Assembly (NCBI GenBank): GCA_035312605.1
Contig: DATGBR010000168.1
Coordinates: 1-55,528 of the forward strand
From: Candidatus Methylomirabilota bacterium
Lineage (GTDB): Bacteria; Methylomirabilota; Methylomirabilia; Rokubacteriales; CSP1-6
DNA length: 55,528 nt
Direction: 5' to 3'
The notes below the pieces were generated by a model that had not been told where the DNA came from, made no database searches, and saw only the letters and a list, made by a program, of their open reading frames with translations. A program made the position numbers and the translations under genes. Shown piece by piece: positions 41,264-52,048 of this stretch; the first letter of the stretch is position 1, and the number at the start of each line of letters is the position of its first letter.

Positions 41264-44211
41264 CGCTCCGGGCGTTGCTGCGCACCATCCTCATCCGCCT
41301 GGCCGGGATCGCGATCTTCACCGGCGCCCTCGGCATCGGGCTGGGCTGGCTCCTCGACGTGGTGGCCTCCGAGCCCGAGTGGACCGAGACCGCCGCGATC
41401 GCCCAGCGAGCGGTGGATCGCAGCGGCCTGCCGGAGCTGCTGGCCGGCCAGAGCGCGCGCAGCCCCAAGCGCTGGGCCGACGAGAGCGCCCGATTCGTGC
41501 GCGACCTTCCGGGCGTCGTTCAGATCAAGGTGTGGGATCCCCAGGGCAACGTGGTGTGGGCGGTGCAGTCCGGGGCGATCGGGCAGCACTCCGAGGGCCA
41601 GGAGCTGCGGGACGCCCTCGCGGGCCGGGTGGCGGTGCGGTTCACCGCGCTGGCGCCGCCCACCGCCGCCGCCGAGAACTTCGTCGCGCCCAACGTCGCC
41701 GACCTGTACGTGCCGGTCTACACCCCGGGCGCAGCGCGCGTGGTCGGCGTGGTGGAGCTGTCGCAGGTGCCGTTGCGCATGGATGCGGCTCACGAGCGCT
41801 GGAGCCAGGTCGCGTGGATCATCGCGCTGGCCACCGGCGGCGGCCTCTGCCTGATCCTGCTCCCCGCGGCGTGGCGGAGCCATCGACGGGTCCGCGCGCA
41901 GGCCAGCTCGACGGCCCAGCGCTCGGCCCACCGCACCCAGGAGCTGCAGCGCACGACCGAGCAGCTCCGGGAGGCCCTGAAGGCGGTCAAGCAGCGCGCG
42001 CAGGAGACCGACCGGATGCTCGAGGTGACGGAGGCCATCGGCTCCGCGCTCGAGCAGAAGCAGCTCTTCGAGGTCATCGCCCACGGAGCCGCGCGCGCCT
42101 GCCGCGTCGACCGCGGCTCGATCTTCCTGCGCGACAAGTCGGGCCAGCTCATGGTGCCGGTCAGCTCGCAGCTCGCCGACCAGTCCACCGCGGAGACGAG
42201 CGGCGACGGCGCCGAGTCCCTGCGCGCCCTGGCGCTCGAGGAGATGCCGCCCTTCCTGCTGGAGGCGGTGCGCCGCCAGGAGCCGGTCGTCATCTCCGAC
42301 CCCGGGAGCGACCCCCGGGTGCCGGAGGGCTGGGTCGGTCTCTTCCAGGCCAAGTCCGCGCTGGTGGTGCCGCTCATCCACCAGGGCCGCACCGCGGGTG
42401 TCCTCATCCTGGACCACCTGAAGACCCTCCACGTCTTCACCGAGGAAGAGATCCGGCTCGCCACCACCTTGGCCGCCCAAGCCGCGGTCGCGCTCGAGAA
42501 GGCGCGCCTGTACGACGAGATCCAGCAGCGGCTGCAGCAGACCGAGACGCTGCTCGCGGTCAGCCAGGCGATCGGCTCGGCCCCGGACCTCACCGAGGCC
42601 ATCCGCCGCACGACCCGCGAGATGGTGCGCATCCTCGGCGCCGACGCCGGCGTCGCGTGGTGCGTGACCCGCGGCGGGGACCGCTTCATCCCGCTCGCCG
42701 GCTACCACGTGCCGCGGGAGCTGCGCGAGCCGCTCTCCGGCCTGCCCCTGGCCCCCGACGATCCGCTCATCGACCTGGTCAAGCGCCTCCGCACCGCGCT
42801 GCAGTCGAGCAACAGCAAGACGGATCCGCGCTTCAACCAGCCGGCCCTGAACCTGATGCCCCACACCTCGCTCCTGGTCCAGCCGGTCCAGGTCAGCGAC
42901 GAGCTGCTCGGCATCTTCGCCATCGCCTGGGTCCGCGAGGCCCACGCCTTCACGATGGACGACATGCGCCTGGCCGACGGCATCGCCAAGCAGGCGGCGG
43001 TGGCCATCGAGCTGCACCGCACCCAGCGGCACATCATCGAGCAGGAGCGCCTCAACGCGGTCGGCAAGATGGCGAGCGGCCTCGCCCACGACTTCAACAA
43101 CGCGCTGGTGCCGATCTCCGGCTACGCGGAGATGCTGCTCGAGCACCAGGAGATCCTCCAGGAGCCCGGCAAGGCCACCAAGTACCTGCAGCTGATCATG
43201 ACCGGCGTGGAGGACGCGGCCAGCGTGGTGAGCCGCCTGCGGGAGTTCTACCGCAAACGCGAGGAGGGCGAGACCTACCGCCCGCTCTCCCTCAACCAGA
43301 TGGTCGAGCAGGCGGTGGCCCTCACCCGACCGCGGTGGCGCGACGAGGCCCTCGGCAGCGGCCGCACGATCCTGGTCGAAGCCGACATGCGCCCGATTCC
43401 CAAGATCCTCGGCAGCGAGTCCGAGCTGCGCGAGCTGCTGACCAACCTCATCTTCAACGCGGTCGACGCGATGCCGGAGGGCGGGAACATCCGGATCCGG
43501 ACCGGCATGCGCGAGGCGCCCGCCGGCGAGGAGCCGCGCACGACCCCGCCGGTGCCCCACGTGTTCCTCGAGGTGAGCGACACCGGAACCGGGATGACCG
43601 AGGAGGTGCGCCGGCGCTGCCTCGAGCCGTTCTTCTCCACCAAGGGCGAGCGCGGAACCGGCCTGGGCCTGCCGATGGTGTTCGGCATCGTCAAGCGCCA
43701 CCGGGGCACGCTCGACATCGAGAGCGCGGTCGGGAAGGGCACCACCTTCATCCTCCACCTGCCCGCCGACGCGGTCCAGACCCGCGAGGTGCAGCAGCGC
43801 ACCCAGGCGCCGAGCGGCCCGCTCCACGTGCTGGTGGTCGACGACGAGCCGATCGCCCGCGACGTGCTCACCGAGTACCTCACCGGCGACGGCCACACCG
43901 TGCAGACCGCGGTCAACGGGCGGGACGGCTTCGAGAAGTTCAAGGCGGGCCGGTTCTCGGTGGTCATCACCGACCGGGCGATGCCGGAGGTCGGCGGCGA
44001 TCAGCTCGCGGCCATGGTCAAGGAAGCGTCTCCCGCCACCCCGGTCGTCCTCCTCACCGGCTTCGGCGACCTGATGAACGCGGCGGGCGAGAAGCCGGAC
44101 GGGGTGGACCTGGTCGTGAAGAAGCCGATCCGACTCGGCACCCTCCGCGAGGTCCTGGTCAAGATGACGGACCCGCAGGCCGCCGCCGCGGCGGCCCCGG
44201 CCGCCCGCTGA
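41251..44211 (+). CDS. hybrid sensor histidine kinase/response regulator (TM-sensor-TM, 2x GAF, HisKA, HATPase, REC)
   Basis: H-box HDFNNALVPISGY, NLIFNAVDAMP, DTGTGM and GTGLGL. Receiver VLVVDDEPIARDVL...ITDRAMP. Overlaps the upstream gene by 13 nt. Confidence 0.9.
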   Translation: MSWVALRALLRTILIRLAGIAIFTGALGIGLGWLLDVVASEPEWTETAAIAQRAVDRSGLPELLAGQSARSPKRWADESARFVRDLPGVVQIKVWDPQGNVVWAVQSGAIGQHSEGQELRDALAGRVAVRFTALAPPTAAAENFVAPNVADLYVPVYTPGAARVVGVVELSQVPLRMDAAHERWSQVAWIIALATGGGLCLILLPAAWRSHRRVRAQASSTAQRSAHRTQELQRTTEQLREALKAVKQRAQETDRMLEVTEAIGSALEQKQLFEVIAHGAARACRVDRGSIFLRDKSGQLMVPVSSQLADQSTAETSGDGAESLRALALEEMPPFLLEAVRRQEPVVISDPGSDPRVPEGWVGLFQAKSALVVPLIHQGRTAGVLILDHLKTLHVFTEEEIRLATTLAAQAAVALEKARLYDEIQQRLQQTETLLAVSQAIGSAPDLTEAIRRTTREMVRILGADAGVAWCVTRGGDRFIPLAGYHVPRELREPLSGLPLAPDDPLIDLVKRLRTALQSSNSKTDPRFNQPALNLMPHTSLLVQPVQVSDELLGIFAIAWVREAHAFTMDDMRLADGIAKQAAVAIELHRTQRHIIEQERLNAVGKMASGLAHDFNNALVPISGYAEMLLEHQEILQEPGKATKYLQLIMTGVEDAASVVSRLREFYRKREEGETYRPLSLNQMVEQAVALTRPRWRDEALGSGRTILVEADMRPIPKILGSESELRELLTNLIFNAVDAMPEGGNIRIRTGMREAPAGEEPRTTPPVPHVFLEVSDTGTGMTEEVRRRCLEPFFSTKGERGTGLGLPMVFGIVKRHRGTLDIESAVGKGTTFILHLPADAVQTREVQQRTQAPSGPLHVLVVDDEPIARDVLTEYLTGDGHTVQTAVNGRDGFEKFKAGRFSVVITDRAMPEVGGDQLAAMVKEASPATPVVLLTGFGDLMNAAGEKPDGVDLVVKKPIRLGTLREVLVKMTDPQAAAAAAPAAR

Positions 44212-44235
44212 ACGGGCGCCCGGCCCCGGACTCCG

Positions 44236-45621
<1,386 letters not shown>

Positions 45622-45691
45622 GAATCCCTCCTCGGGTTGCTTGAGCGCGTCGTCGCCATCGCATAGTATCGGGCGCAGGGAGAGCACACAA

Positions 45692-46690
45692 ATGGACTGC
45701 TGCGCTCACGAAGGACCCGCCGCGGGCGACGCGCGCTTCGACCTCCAGCGGGTGGCCGACGGCGTCCACGTCGCGGTGGCCGCCCCCGCCTACAAGGTCA
45801 ACTCCAACACCGCGATCATCGAGAGCGACGACGGGGTCGTGATCGTCGACACCCATTCCAAGCCCTCCGCCGCGCGCGTGATCGTGGATCGCGTGCGGGA
45901 GCTCACCGCCAAGCCGGTCCGCTTCGTTGTCAACACTCATTTCCACTGGGACCACTGGCACGGCAACGAGGTCTATCCGGCCGCCTACCCCGGCGCGGAG
46001 ATCATCACCAACCAGCTCACCCGCGAGGCGATGGTCAAGAAGGGCCTCAAGCGCATCCAGGACCACGTGCGGCAGGCGCCCGCCGAGGTGGCGCGGGTCC
46101 GGAGCGAGCTGGCCGCGGCCACCAGCACCGAGCAGCGGGCGAAGCTCCAGGCCGATCTCCGGCTCGCCGAGTCGTACCTCGCCGAGGTGCGCGCGCTCAA
46201 GCCGGCCCTGCCCACCATGGCGTTCGAGCGCACGATGAAGCTCTACCGCCGCGACCGCGAGATCCACCTGCTCTACCTGGGCCGCGCCCACACCGAGGGC
46301 GACGTCTTCGTCTACCTGCCGAAGGAGCGGACGGTCATCACCGGCGACGCGGTCATCGGCTGGACGCCCTACATGGGCGACGGCTACCCGGAGGACTGGG
46401 TCACCACCATCGACCGGCTGGCCGAGCTCGACTTCGACACGATCGTCATGGGCCACGGCAACCCGGCGGGGCGGGACTGGCTGCGCACCTTCCGCGGGTA
46501 CATCCACGACATGGTGGAGGCGGTGCGCGAGGAGGTCGCCACCGGCGCGAGCCTGGACGAGGTCAAGCAGCGGGTGCCCGCGCGCCTGGCCCCCACCTAC
46601 GAGAAGGCCTTCGCGACCTACGAGCACTACCGGCCGTGGCGCGCCGGGCTCCACGCCAACATCGAGCGGACCTACGCGATGGTGAGCTGA
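45692..46690 (+). CDS. MBL fold metallo-hydrolase
   Basis: In-frame ATG 45692. HFHWDHWHG matches the HxHxDH metal-binding motif. 332 aa. Confidence 0.85.
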   Translation: MDCCAHEGPAAGDARFDLQRVADGVHVAVAAPAYKVNSNTAIIESDDGVVIVDTHSKPSAARVIVDRVRELTAKPVRFVVNTHFHWDHWHGNEVYPAAYPGAEIITNQLTREAMVKKGLKRIQDHVRQAPAEVARVRSELAAATSTEQRAKLQADLRLAESYLAEVRALKPALPTMAFERTMKLYRRDREIHLLYLGRAHTEGDVFVYLPKERTVITGDAVIGWTPYMGDGYPEDWVTTIDRLAELDFDTIVMGHGNPAGRDWLRTFRGYIHDMVEAVREEVATGASLDEVKQRVPARLAPTYEKAFATYEHYRPWRAGLHANIERTYAMVS

Positions 46691-46695
46691 GCCGC

Positions 46696-47895
46696 ATGGC
46701 GGAGACCGACCTCTTCAATCCGCTCTCGCCCGCCTTCCACGCCGACCCCTACCCGTTCTACCGGCACCTGCGCGAGACCGATCCCGTCCACCTGAGCGCG
46801 CTCGGTCTCTGGATCCTCACCCGCTACGAGGACTGCGTCACGTCCCTGCGCGACCCGCGCTTCGGGCGCGACGGCTTCGAGGCCATCCTCTCGGCCCAGT
46901 ACGGCGAGGAGTCCGAGACCGGCCGCCTCCCGCGCTCCATGCTCTTTCGCGACCCGCCCGATCACACCCGCCTGCGGGCGCTCGTGAACCGGGCGTTCAC
47001 GCCGCGGGTCATCGAGGGCATGCGCGGGCAGATCCAGGGCGTGGTGGACCTCCTGCTCGATCGGGTGGAGCGCCAGGGGCGGATGGACGTCATCGGCGAT
47101 CTCGCCTACCCGCTGCCGGTGACCGTCATCTGCGACATGCTCGGCGTGCCGGCCGGCGACCACGAGCAGATCAAGGAGTGGTCGTCGGACATCATCCGGA
47201 GCCTGGATGCCATCGGCATCCCGTCCGACGAGTCGATCGTGGAGCGCGGGCGCATCGGACGCCGCGGGATCGCGGACTACTTCCGCGCCCTGCTCCCCGA
47301 GCGCCGCCGCCACCCGCGCGCGGACCTGCTCTCCTCGCTCATCGCGGTCGAGGAGCAGGGCGACCGGCTCACCGAGGGCGAGCTGCTCGCGACCTGCGTG
47401 CTGCTCTTCATCGCGGGCCACGAGACCACCGTGAACCTGATCGGCAACGGCCTCCTCGCCCTGCTCCGGCACCCGGCGGAGGTCGAGCGCCTCCGGCGGG
47501 AGCCGGCCCTCATCGGCAGCGCGGTGGAGGAGCTGCTGCGCTACGACAGCCCGGTGCAGCGGACGGCGCGGATCACGAGCGCCGACGTGGAGCTGGGCGG
47601 CAAGACGATCCCGAAAGGCGCCTTCGTGGTCACCGCGATCGGCGCCGCCAACCGCGATCCCGCCCACTTCCCGGACCCGGATCGACTGGACGTCGCCCGC
47701 CCCGATAATCGCCACATCGCGTTCGGCTTCGGCATTCACTTCTGCCTGGGCGCCCCGCTCGCGCGGGTGGAGGGCCAGCTGGCGCTGGGGACGCTGCTGC
47801 GACGGATGCCGCGGCTCCTACTCGCCGATGAGGCCCTCGCCTGGCGCGAGTCGTCGACGCTCCGCGGCCTGAAAGCCCTCCCCGTCGAATTCTGA
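46696..47895 (+). CDS. cytochrome P450
   Basis: In-frame ATG 46696, 5 nt after the MBL stop. FIAGHETT I-helix, EELLRY (ExxR) and heme loop FGFGIHFCLGAPLAR. 399 aa. Confidence 0.9.
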   Translation: MAETDLFNPLSPAFHADPYPFYRHLRETDPVHLSALGLWILTRYEDCVTSLRDPRFGRDGFEAILSAQYGEESETGRLPRSMLFRDPPDHTRLRALVNRAFTPRVIEGMRGQIQGVVDLLLDRVERQGRMDVIGDLAYPLPVTVICDMLGVPAGDHEQIKEWSSDIIRSLDAIGIPSDESIVERGRIGRRGIADYFRALLPERRRHPRADLLSSLIAVEEQGDRLTEGELLATCVLLFIAGHETTVNLIGNGLLALLRHPAEVERLRREPALIGSAVEELLRYDSPVQRTARITSADVELGGKTIPKGAFVVTAIGAANRDPAHFPDPDRLDVARPDNRHIAFGFGIHFCLGAPLARVEGQLALGTLLRRMPRLLLADEALAWRESSTLRGLKALPVEF

Positions 47896-47901
47896 CCCCC
47901 A

Positions 47902-47925
47902 CCCTCTCCCCTCTGGGGGAGAGGG
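47902..47925. terminator. perfect 10-bp stem hairpin CCCTCTCCCC-tctg-GGGGAGAGGG (REP-like) after the P450 gene
   Basis: Located 7 nt after the P450 stop and followed by CAGGGTGAGGGG. It sits between convergent genes. Confidence 0.55.
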
Positions 47926-47943
47926 CAGGGTGAGGGGCGTGCG

Positions 47944-48117
47944 CTACTTCAGACCGTCGACGCTCGCCTTCGCCGCCTGACCGTCCTGGGGCGCGGTACC
48001 GCCGGAGACGCCGATAGCCCCGATGATCTTGCCGTCCGCTATGAGGGGGATCCCGCCCTCGATCGGGCTCGCCCCGGTCAAGCGCAGCAAGCGGAGGTTG
48101 GCGCCGCCAGTTCCCGA
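47944..48117 (-). pseudogene. GlcG/HbpS-like (DUF336) heme-binding protein, C-terminal remnant only
   Basis: The last ~57 codons read SGTGGANLRLLRLTGASPIEGGIPLIADGKIIGAIGVSGGTAPQDGQAAKASVDGLK, the conserved C-terminal third of GlcG-type proteins. There is no Met start, and the rest of the frame runs into the mgtE coding region as Arg-rich nonsense. Confidence 0.45.
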
Positions 48118-48131
48118 CGCGGGCCGGCAGG

Positions 48132-49493
48132 CTAGAGCAGCGTACCCCGCAGCACCAGGTACGCGACCGAGAAGTAGATGACGAGGCCGGTGACGTCGAC
48201 CAGGGTCGCCACGAAGGGAGCCGACGCGCTCGCGGGGTCGAAGCCCACCCGGCGGAGGACGAACGGGAGCATCGAGCCAGCGAGGGAGCCGAACATCACC
48301 ACCCCCACGAGGGCTCCCCCCACCGTGGTCGCGATCAGCGGCCAGTGCGGCCCGTAATCGTAGAAACCGAGAACCTGCCACGCGGAGATCCGCACGACGC
48401 CGATGGCGCCCAGGATGGCGCCCAGGGCCACGCCCGCGGGGACCTCCCGCATCGCGATCCGCCACCAGTCGCCCAGCGTGACCTCCCGGAGCGCCAGCGC
48501 GCGGATGATCAGCGAGGTGGCCTGCGAGCCGGAGTTGCCGCCCGAGCTCATCACGAGCGGGATGAAGAGGGTGAGCACGATGGCCCGGCTCAGCTCGCCC
48601 TCGAAGTACTGCATCGCGGTGGCGGTGAGCATCTCGCTCAGGAAGAGGGCGCAGAGCCAGCCGGCCCGCTTCCGGATCATGGTGCCGAAGCCGATCTTGG
48701 TGTACGGCTCGTCGAGCGCCTCGACGCCGCCCAGCTTGTGCAGGTCCTCGGTCTGCTCCTTCACCATCGCGTCGATCATGTCGTCCACCGTCACGATGCC
48801 GAGGAGGTGCCCGCCCTCGTCGACCACCGGCACCGCCAGCAGGTCGTACTTGGCGATCAGGCGCGCGGTCTCCTCCCGGTGGGTCCACGGGCCGACCGTC
48901 ACCGGCGGCTGCCGCTCGCCCACCTCGAGCAGCGTGCGCGCGGGATCGGCCATCACCAGCTCGCGGAGCGTGACCACGTGCACGAGGCGCCGGTCCACCG
49001 GATCGAGCACGTACACCGCGTAGACCGGCCGGTGCGGGTGCCCGCCGCCGCGGATCTGAGCGAGAGCGCGCTCGACCGTCCAGGTCGCGGGCGCCTCCAC
49101 GTGCTCGGTGGTCATGATGCCGCCCGAGGTGGTCGGAGCGTAGCTCAGGAGCGAGCGGAGCGAGGCGCGCGTGGCCTCGTCGATCGTGGGCATCAGCCGC
49201 GCCCGGGCCCGGTCGGAGAGGCCGCGGAAGACCTCCACGCGCTGATCGGCCGACATCGCGGTCATCAGGGCCACCGCCTTGTCGGTGGGGAGGTGCTCGA
49301 AGAGGTGAGCCCGGTGATCGAGCTCGGGCTGGTTGACCGCGCGCACCGCCAGGTCGAACGGCAGCGCGGCCAGCACCCGCGCGGCCGCCGCGTGGTCGAT
49401 GGCGTTCAGCGCTTCCGCCACGTCGGCGTCGTGCGCGGTCTCCAGGGTCCGCGCGATCTGCCCGGCCTCGTGCTGCTCCGCTTGACGCTCCAT
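48132..49493 (-). CDS. mgtE: magnesium transporter MgtE
   Basis: ATG 49493. N-domain, CBS pair (LLAVPVVDEGGHLLGIVTVDDMID) and MgtE membrane domain (IPLVMSSGGNSGSQ, ASAPFVATLVDVTG). 453 aa. Confidence 0.9.
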   Translation of the reverse strand: MERQAEQHEAGQIARTLETAHDADVAEALNAIDHAAAARVLAALPFDLAVRAVNQPELDHRAHLFEHLPTDKAVALMTAMSADQRVEVFRGLSDRARARLMPTIDEATRASLRSLLSYAPTTSGGIMTTEHVEAPATWTVERALAQIRGGGHPHRPVYAVYVLDPVDRRLVHVVTLRELVMADPARTLLEVGERQPPVTVGPWTHREETARLIAKYDLLAVPVVDEGGHLLGIVTVDDMIDAMVKEQTEDLHKLGGVEALDEPYTKIGFGTMIRKRAGWLCALFLSEMLTATAMQYFEGELSRAIVLTLFIPLVMSSGGNSGSQATSLIIRALALREVTLGDWWRIAMREVPAGVALGAILGAIGVVRISAWQVLGFYDYGPHWPLIATTVGGALVGVVMFGSLAGSMLPFVLRRVGFDPASASAPFVATLVDVTGLVIYFSVAYLVLRGTLL

Positions 49494-49506
49494 GATCGGG
49501 TCTCCC

Positions 49507-50103
49507 CTAGGGACTCGGCTCTCGCGGGGCCGCCGCGAAGCGGCGCAGGTTGCCGTGGGCGCGACGCCCGTCGGGCTCGATGTCGAAGCCGCTCGCCTCG
49601 ACCGCACGCTCGGTGTCGCGGTTGGGATGGCATCCGCCGCTCACGCGCGTCCAGGCCGGCTGCAGCCAATCTTGGAGGTGGGCCTTCCACGGCTCGGTCG
49701 AGCGCACGTGCTCCAGCATCCGGAGCCGGCCGCGCGGCCCGAGCACGCGCCGGGCCTCGAGCAGGCCCCGCCGGGCATCCGGCACGCAGCAGAAGACGAG
49801 GCCGCTCAGCACCGTGTCGAAGCACGCGTCGCGGAACGGGAGGGCCTCGGCGCTCCCCGCGACCAGGGGCACCCCGGGCGCACGGCGCCGGGCCCGCTGC
49901 AGCGACGACCAGGACGGGTCGAGGCCGATCGCGGCCGACCCCGGCAACAGGAGCGGCAGGTTCCGACCGGTGCCGCAGCCCAGGTCGAGCACCCGCCCGC
50001 GTGCCCCGGCAACCAGCCAGCGCCGCCAGCGCGCGAGACCGAAGGCCTCGAACGCCGCACAGACGGCGTCGTACAGCCACGGAATCTGCTCCACCCCTCG
50101 CAT
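49507..50103 (-). CDS. class I SAM-dependent methyltransferase
   Basis: VLDLGCGTG motif I, followed by a post-I acidic residue (GLD). 198 aa. 13 nt upstream of mgtE. Confidence 0.85.
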   Translation of the reverse strand: MRGVEQIPWLYDAVCAAFEAFGLARWRRWLVAGARGRVLDLGCGTGRNLPLLLPGSAAIGLDPSWSSLQRARRRAPGVPLVAGSAEALPFRDACFDTVLSGLVFCCVPDARRGLLEARRVLGPRGRLRMLEHVRSTEPWKAHLQDWLQPAWTRVSGGCHPNRDTERAVEASGFDIEPDGRRAHGNLRRFAAAPREPSP

Positions 50104-50219
50104 GACGGCCGGCCCATTGTAGCCCGGCCTTCCGTCCGGGCTGGCCTCGAAGCGCGGAAAGCCGTAGATTGCTGGGGGCCGCGGATCCCGGACGAGGACC
50201 CGCGGCCGGGGAGCGGACC

Positions 50220-50981
50220 ATGGCCATTCGGATGGAGCGCAGTGACACGGTGGCGACGATCGTGATCGATCGCCCGGAGGCGCGCAACGCGGTGGACGGC
50301 CCCGCCGCCCGCGCGCTGACCGAAACCTTCCGCGAGTTCGAGGCCGACGACTCGCTGCGCGTGGCGGTGCTCTGGGGCGCGGGCGGCGTCTTCTGCGCCG
50401 GCGCGGATCTCAAGGCGCGCGGGACCGAGCGCGGGCTCACCCTGTCCGCCGAGGGCGACGGGCCGATGGGTCCGACCCGCATGGCCTTCAGCAAGCCCAC
50501 CATCGCGGCGGTCGAGGGCTACGCGGTGGCGGGCGGCCTCGAGCTCTCGCTCATGTGCGACCTGCGGGTCGCGGGAGACACCGCGATCTTCGGCGTCTTC
50601 TGCCGCCGCTGGGGCGTGCCCCTGATCGACGGGGGCACCGTCCGCCTGCCGCAGCTGATCGGCCTCTCCCGGGCCCTCGACCTGATCCTCACCGGCCGTG
50701 CGGTCGACGCGCGCGAGGCCCTCGCGTTCGGGCTCGCCAACCGGGTGGTCCCCGACGGCCGCGCCCGCGAGGAGGCGGAGGCGCTCGCGCGCTCCATCGC
50801 GGCGTTTCCGCCCCGCTGCGTACGAAGCGACCGCCGCTCCGCCTGGGAGGGCGTCGGGCTCCCCCTGCGCCAGGCGATGGCCAACGAGTTCGCGCTCGGC
50901 AAGGCCACCGCGGATACCGGCGAGAGCCAGGCGGGCGCGCGGCGCTTCGCGGCCGGCGCGGGCCGGCACGGGCAGTTCTGA
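50220..50981 (+). CDS. enoyl-CoA hydratase/crotonase family protein
   Basis: In-frame ATG 50220 (GGGGAG SD). FCAGADLKA and GYAVAGGLELSLMCD. 253 aa. Confidence 0.85.
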   Translation: MAIRMERSDTVATIVIDRPEARNAVDGPAARALTETFREFEADDSLRVAVLWGAGGVFCAGADLKARGTERGLTLSAEGDGPMGPTRMAFSKPTIAAVEGYAVAGGLELSLMCDLRVAGDTAIFGVFCRRWGVPLIDGGTVRLPQLIGLSRALDLILTGRAVDAREALAFGLANRVVPDGRAREEAEALARSIAAFPPRCVRSDRRSAWEGVGLPLRQAMANEFALGKATADTGESQAGARRFAAGAGRHGQF

Positions 50982-51011
50982 TCTCGAACTCATTCCTCCA
51001 AGGAGACCGCA

Positions 51012-52037
51012 GTGCCTGACAAGACTCCCCCCGACAAGACTCCAAGGGTCTACGTCATCCAGGGCCGTGGCCAGCGCGACTACGCCGATTGCCAGACCGC
51101 GCTCGACCGGGTGCCCGCGCGCATGGAGTCCGTGCCGTTCATCGGCGACGCGGCGGAGGTGATCGAGCGCACCCGGGACGCGGACGCCCTGATCGTGTCG
51201 TCGTCGCCGGTCACCCGACGGGTCATGGAATCGCTCGAGGGCCTCAAGGTCGTGGTGCGCACCGGGGTGGGCTACGACGTGATCGACGTTCCCGCCGCCA
51301 CCGAGCTGGGCGTGGTCGTGGTCAACGTGCCCGACGTCTGGATCCGCGAGGTGGCCAACCACGCGCTCGCGCTGCTGCTCGCGTGGAACCGCAAGATCGT
51401 GGTCCTCGATCGCGAGATCCGCGCCGGGGTGTGGAGCGGACGGGTCCCCGGCCCGGTCACCGGGTCGCTGCACGGCGAGACGGTCGGCATCGTCGGCCTG
51501 GGCAACATCGGCAGCGCGTTCGCCCGTCGCATCGCGGCGCTGGAGACGCGGGTCATCGCCTGCGATCCGTACGTCGACGACGCCCGCTTCACGTCGCTCG
51601 GCGTCGAGCGCGCGGACCTGGCCACGGTGGCGGCACAGGCCGACTACGTCTCGGTCCACACGCTCCTGAACGACGAGACGCGCGGCCTCATCAACGAGGC
51701 CTTCCTCCGGCGCATGAAGCCCACCGCGTGCCTGATCAACACCTCCCGCGGCCCCGTCGTCGACGAGGCGGCGCTCGCGCGCGCGCTCGAGCAGGGCTGG
51801 CTCGCGGGCGCCGCGCTCGACGTGTTCGAGGAGGAGCCGCTCGGCGCCGACAGCCCGCTGCGCCGCCTCGACAACGTCATCCTCACCCCGCACGCGGCCT
51901 ACTTCTCGTCGCCGGCGGTGGCCCAGGTGCCGCGCCGCTGCGGCGAGGAGGTCGCCCGGGTCCTGACCAAGGAGCGGCCACTGCACGTCGTCAACCCCGA
52001 GGTCTACGCTCCCGGCCGTCGGCGCCGCGGACCCTGA
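51012..52037 (+). CDS. D-isomer-specific 2-hydroxyacid dehydrogenase family protein
   Basis: NAD-binding motif GIVGLGNIGSAFARR, plus INTSRGPVVDE and TPHAAY. GTG start. Confidence 0.85.
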   Translation: MPDKTPPDKTPRVYVIQGRGQRDYADCQTALDRVPARMESVPFIGDAAEVIERTRDADALIVSSSPVTRRVMESLEGLKVVVRTGVGYDVIDVPAATELGVVVVNVPDVWIREVANHALALLLAWNRKIVVLDREIRAGVWSGRVPGPVTGSLHGETVGIVGLGNIGSAFARRIAALETRVIACDPYVDDARFTSLGVERADLATVAAQADYVSVHTLLNDETRGLINEAFLRRMKPTACLINTSRGPVVDEAALARALEQGWLAGAALDVFEEEPLGADSPLRRLDNVILTPHAAYFSSPAVAQVPRRCGEEVARVLTKERPLHVVNPEVYAPGRRRRGP

Positions 52038-52048
52038 GCGACGGCGCG

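Noticed and set aside
49494-49506. A magnesium (M-box) riboswitch upstream of mgtE.
   Set aside because: Only 13 nt separate mgtE from the upstream methyltransferase stop, which leaves no room for a riboswitch.
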